From Candidatus Poribacteria bacterium (GTDB lineage Bacteria; Poribacteria; WGA-4E; WGA-3G): DNA of 64,000 nucleotides. Below the pieces are notes generated by a model. That model ran no database searches and was not told the origin of the DNA. It was given only the letters and a program-made list of their open reading frames with translations. The translations under genes were made by a program, and so were the position numbers. This document shows, one piece after another, positions 60,698 through 64,000 of this stretch. The stretch covers positions 1,280,001 through 1,344,000 of the forward strand of contig OZ251518.1 of NCBI GenBank assembly GCA_965242965.1. Direction: 5' to 3'. Position 1 is the stretch's first letter. Each line of letters begins with the position of its first letter.

Positions 60698-60702
60698 GCA
60701 AA

Positions 60703-60823
60703 TTGCGCGGGAAACCTCTCCCGCGCAACATCGTCTTATCAACAACCGTATTGCGAGGGCCTGTCCCTCGCAATATCGTCTTAATAAACAACCGTATTGC
60801 GAGGGAAACCTCTCCCTCGCAAT
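60703..60823 (+). repeat. Three tandem TTGCG(A/C)GGG..CCC(T/G)CGCAA palindromes (GTAT-headed REP variant)
   Basis: Near-identical linkers ATCGTCTTA..AACAACCGTA. Confidence 0.75.
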
Positions 60824-60835
60824 GAGGAATGTCAG

Positions 60836-61525
60836 ATGAAAAAAAATCTTATGCACGATTTGCCTATCTTTTTCATCCTAATGCTCTTCGCCGTGTTAGG
60901 ACAGACGGTAGCCTTCGCCGCAACAACCGAAGGGTCCGCTGTCCAACCTGAAGCGGAAGCATCCAATATTGCCACAGGCGAAACCACTAAAGCGAGCACA
61001 CAGAATTATCAGTTGTTCGCCTCAAAGCGGACAGATACGCCTCAAAAACAACAGAATCAACCGGAGAAAACTTATCCGCTTTTCCGCGCACATGCGGAAC
61101 GGTATTACCCCGAACGCGATGTGCAAAAAGCGACGCGCCTCTCACTGATGATGCCCGGACTCGGGCAGGCTTACGCAGGCAATTACGGCAAAGCCAGTTT
61201 TTTCCTCGTCACCGAATTGGGGACATTCGCGCTTGCCGGTTATCACCTTGCGCGTGCCTTACACTATAACGCTCGGGATGGATTTGAGTCCGGTTTCCAC
61301 GACCCGAGGCTTGGCGAATTCTTAACTGCGAATCAGGCGCGCGTCCGGATGCGAAACCATAGCCTTTTCAGCGGGATCTTCCTCGTCACCGGCATCGGCT
61401 TGCATCTCTGGAACGTCTTTGATGCCTCAAAAACAACGGAGGCTGCCAATAACCGAAGATTTTCTGTGCGAATGCAACAAAGAGATAGTGGCATGCGTTC
61501 CGTTGTCTTCACGCATCAATTTTAG
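60836..61525 (+). CDS. Hypothetical membrane protein (DUF5683-like)
   Basis: KA..LSL..PGLGQAY.G.Y.K motif; C-terminal aromatic residue. Confidence 0.65.
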   Translation: MKKNLMHDLPIFFILMLFAVLGQTVAFAATTEGSAVQPEAEASNIATGETTKASTQNYQLFASKRTDTPQKQQNQPEKTYPLFRAHAERYYPERDVQKATRLSLMMPGLGQAYAGNYGKASFFLVTELGTFALAGYHLARALHYNARDGFESGFHDPRLGEFLTANQARVRMRNHSLFSGIFLVTGIGLHLWNVFDASKTTEAANNRRFSVRMQQRDSGMRSVVFTHQF

Positions 61526-61574
61526 AGTGTAACGGCGGATTTCTGCATCTGCCTGCTTCAAAAGGTAAAAAAAT

Positions 61575-62531
61575 ATGTTGCATGCAAAATTAAATAGGCA
61601 CCGCCTTCGGTTTGCGAGGTTTTCCTTGTTCCTGTGCCTCATCGTTTTTGGTGCCTTGATGGTATCACTCGGTGCAGTCGCGCGCCGCGGACAAATCCCC
61701 TCCCGGCCAGCCTCGGAACCCTCGCAAACCGTTCCTCACCGCGAGGGTGTCGCGGAAAGTCTCGTTGCGGCTGAAAATATGGATTCACTTCCCTATCAGG
61801 TGGGTGAAAAGTTAACTTACGGTATCAAGGTGCGCAGATTACCCGCTGGTAAACGGACGGACCAGGTCGTCGAAAAAACCGTTGTGAACGGACAGAGCGT
61901 CTATCATATCCGCTCCGATGCAAAGACGAAATCGATTTTCAGGCTCTACCATTTCCGGAACCGGCAAGAAACGTATATCGGGCGCGGCAGAGATGTCCCC
62001 GAATCGTTATTGCAAGGCGTGGAGTCAAACGCGGGGCTTTCACCCGTGCGGTTTCGGAATCGGGTGGAGGACAGGAAATACCGCGCCACCGTTGTCGCAA
62101 ATTTCCTGCCAGCGTCAAATGCGGAGGGGACGCAAGGAACGGGCGAAATAGTATACGAGAAAATTTCGCGAAGAAACCCAAAGTCGCCGCAACGGCAAAC
62201 TAAAAAAACTTTAACGATGCCCGATGGCACCCAGGACGAGTTGTCAATGCTCTACTTCCTACGCAGTAAATGCCTCACGCTTGGGAAAACCTATTTTTTT
62301 CCACTGCTTGCCGAGGGGAAGGTGCAGAAGGTAACGCTCACCGTTGAACGCCGCGACATCGTGAAAAATAAGGCATTAGGCAGAGTGAGGACCCTCGTGT
62401 TGCGCGCCTCAAATGGCTCACGGCTGTGGTTAACAGACGACACGCGCCGCATCCCCGTCCGCATTGAAGCGGAAAGCAAAATCGGCACCATGAAGGCAGA
62501 GTTAGAAAAAATAGAAACCGTCTCTAAATAG
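61575..62531 (+). CDS. DUF3108 family protein
   Basis: GEKLTY, QD.LS.LY.LR, LWLTDD.RRIPVRIE...IG...AEL. Confidence 0.75.
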   Translation: MLHAKLNRHRLRFARFSLFLCLIVFGALMVSLGAVARRGQIPSRPASEPSQTVPHREGVAESLVAAENMDSLPYQVGEKLTYGIKVRRLPAGKRTDQVVEKTVVNGQSVYHIRSDAKTKSIFRLYHFRNRQETYIGRGRDVPESLLQGVESNAGLSPVRFRNRVEDRKYRATVVANFLPASNAEGTQGTGEIVYEKISRRNPKSPQRQTKKTLTMPDGTQDELSMLYFLRSKCLTLGKTYFFPLLAEGKVQKVTLTVERRDIVKNKALGRVRTLVLRASNGSRLWLTDDTRRIPVRIEAESKIGTMKAELEKIETVSK

Positions 62532-62541
62532 GATTGACATC

Positions 62542-64000
62542 GTGACAGAACGCTTACGCAAGACCGAAAATTACCAAAAAATCCTCGCCGCCCTACAAAA
62601 CGGAGAAAGTCTACCGTGGCTCAGCGGCATGTCCACTGCAGCCACCGCGTATCTCTTGGCACACCTGGTGGCGGACTTTCCGGAAAAATCGTTCCTTATT
62701 GTGCTACCGACGCAACAGGAAGCAGAATCGCTGCGTGGTGACATTCAAACGTATCGCGCGCAGTGCCATGGCGGCGCACTGTCCGCCTTGCAAGAGGCAG
62801 AACACCTGATGTTCCCTGCCCGAAACGCCAGCGGTTCGCGCCTCAAGGTACTGTCAAAAAACACTATTGCCGCCCGGATACACTGCTTCCAACATCTGCT
62901 CCAGGCACAGCAACGTAGCGTCATTGTCACAACCAGCCGCGCTTTACAAGATGCGCTGCCAGCGCGCGATATTTTCTCCGCCGCCTTTCCTATCCTGAAA
63001 CAGGGTGATGAGGTTGAACCCGATGCTGTCGAAGCCCTACTCTGCCGAGGTGGTTACCAGCGCGTGGCACTCGTTGAAGTGAAAGGCGAATTTGCCCGCC
63101 GCGGGGACATCCTTGATGTCTATCCCCTCACCGCCGAATCACCCGCGCGCCTAGAGTTTTTCGGCGATGAACTTGACGCTATTCGCGCCTTTGACGCGAC
63201 GACGCAGCGTTCTATTGAACCATTGGACGCTGTTGCCTTATCCCCGATGCGTGAACTCCTCGCAACCGAAGTGTCTCTGGCGTTTTGGCAGGAGCAAACC
63301 CAGGAACTCCTGCAAACCAATGCAACGCCGCAGCTCGTCCAAATAGTCCAAGAGATGACACAGCGTCTCACCGATAGCCTCTCAAAAGAGAACGCGTCTC
63401 TTGGAGACGAATTGGAGGCATACTTACCGCTGCTCTGTCCGGAGACAGCACACCTCCTCGACTACCTGCCAGATGATTTATGCGTTGTCCGCGTTGAACC
63501 GCAGTGGCAAAAACGCGATGCAGCACAACGGTTTGAAGAAATGCAGGCGTTGTATCAACAAACCAATAAGAGAGAACTCTCGGAATCGATGCCTGAGGCA
63601 GTGCAGAAGAAGCAGGATTCCGAACTCGTCCTGCCACCGGCTAAACTGTTCGTCCCTTTTGCGGTGGTAGAAGAGCGGTTAGCGGCGTATCCTATGCTTT
63701 GCGCATCCGTGGCACCGCCGCGCGGAAACTTCGCCTCGGATGTTCTCTCATTTGGGATGAAACCGCTCGCGCTGCCGCGGGGCAGTTATCAGACGGTGCT
63801 GGAGCACCTTCAAAACTGGGTGCGAGAAGGGTATGATGTGGTTATGTTCTGTGAGAGCCCGCAGCAAGCGAAGCGCGTCGCCGAAATGTTAGCCGAACGC
63901 GACATGGTGCTGAAAAGTATCAACGTCGGGGCAATCAGCCACGGGTTTCTTGACGTGTCGCAACGTCTCGTCGTTATCTCCGAGGAGGAACTTTTCGGCA
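62542..64000 (+). CDS. mfd: Transcription-repair coupling factor, 5' partial (runs off window)
   Basis: Frame from GTG 62542 encodes GYQRVALVEVKGEFARRGDILDVYP...RLEFFGDELDAIRAFD..TQRS and, near the end, GAISHGF...VISEEELFG. Confidence 0.85.
   Translation, partial: MTERLRKTENYQKILAALQNGESLPWLSGMSTAATAYLLAHLVADFPEKSFLIVLPTQQEAESLRGDIQTYRAQCHGGALSALQEAEHLMFPARNASGSRLKVLSKNTIAARIHCFQHLLQAQQRSVIVTTSRALQDALPARDIFSAAFPILKQGDEVEPDAVEALLCRGGYQRVALVEVKGEFARRGDILDVYPLTAESPARLEFFGDELDAIRAFDATTQRSIEPLDAVALSPMRELLATEVSLAFWQEQTQELLQTNATPQLVQIVQEMTQRLTDSLSKENASLGDELEAYLPLLCPETAHLLDYLPDDLCVVRVEPQWQKRDAAQRFEEMQALYQQTNKRELSESMPEAVQKKQDSELVLPPAKLFVPFAVVEERLAAYPMLCASVAPPRGNFASDVLSFGMKPLALPRGSYQTVLEHLQNWVREGYDVVMFCESPQQAKRVAEMLAERDMVLKSINVGAISHGFLDVSQRLVVISEEELFG

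Noticed and set aside
60703-60823. Mini CRISPR
   Set aside because: Linkers are near-identical and the palindromes vary; it is a REP-type tandem

Overview
Bacterial chromosomal window, moderately GC-rich. The gene content (LamG proteins ending in a V-x-P-x-x-[KR]-L-x-T-x-W-x-x-[IV]-K tail, sulfatase, PhyH dioxygenase, Gfo/Idh/MocA and enolase-superfamily enzymes, many TPR proteins, an FG-GAP/ASPIC protein) suggests Candidatus Poribacteria or a related lineage; this is inference only. Metabolic genes are interleaved with many defence and toxin-antitoxin modules: (1) HigB plus a HigA-N/TPR chimera; (2) a duplicated MazF-type locus; (3) a TIGR04255 / unknown-domain / ART-like three-gene cassette with two extra paralogs of the middle domain, one fused to UPF0175; (4) an Mrr island (Mrr_N, two Mrr nucleases, an MTase-Mrr fusion, and an Mrr_N-DUF433 + DUF5615 PIN pair); (5) three more MTase-nuclease fusions, two in tandem with a swapped central segment; (6) FRG and SbcC-like genes. 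Intergenic space is filled with a diverse family of GTAG-type REP-like hairpins. Some clusters are bracketed by 17-19 bp terminal inverted repeats, and several copies sit in frame inside genes. No rRNA, tRNA, CRISPR-cas, transposase or reverse transcriptase was recognised. The window ends inside mfd. All family calls come from motif recognition by eye, not database searches.
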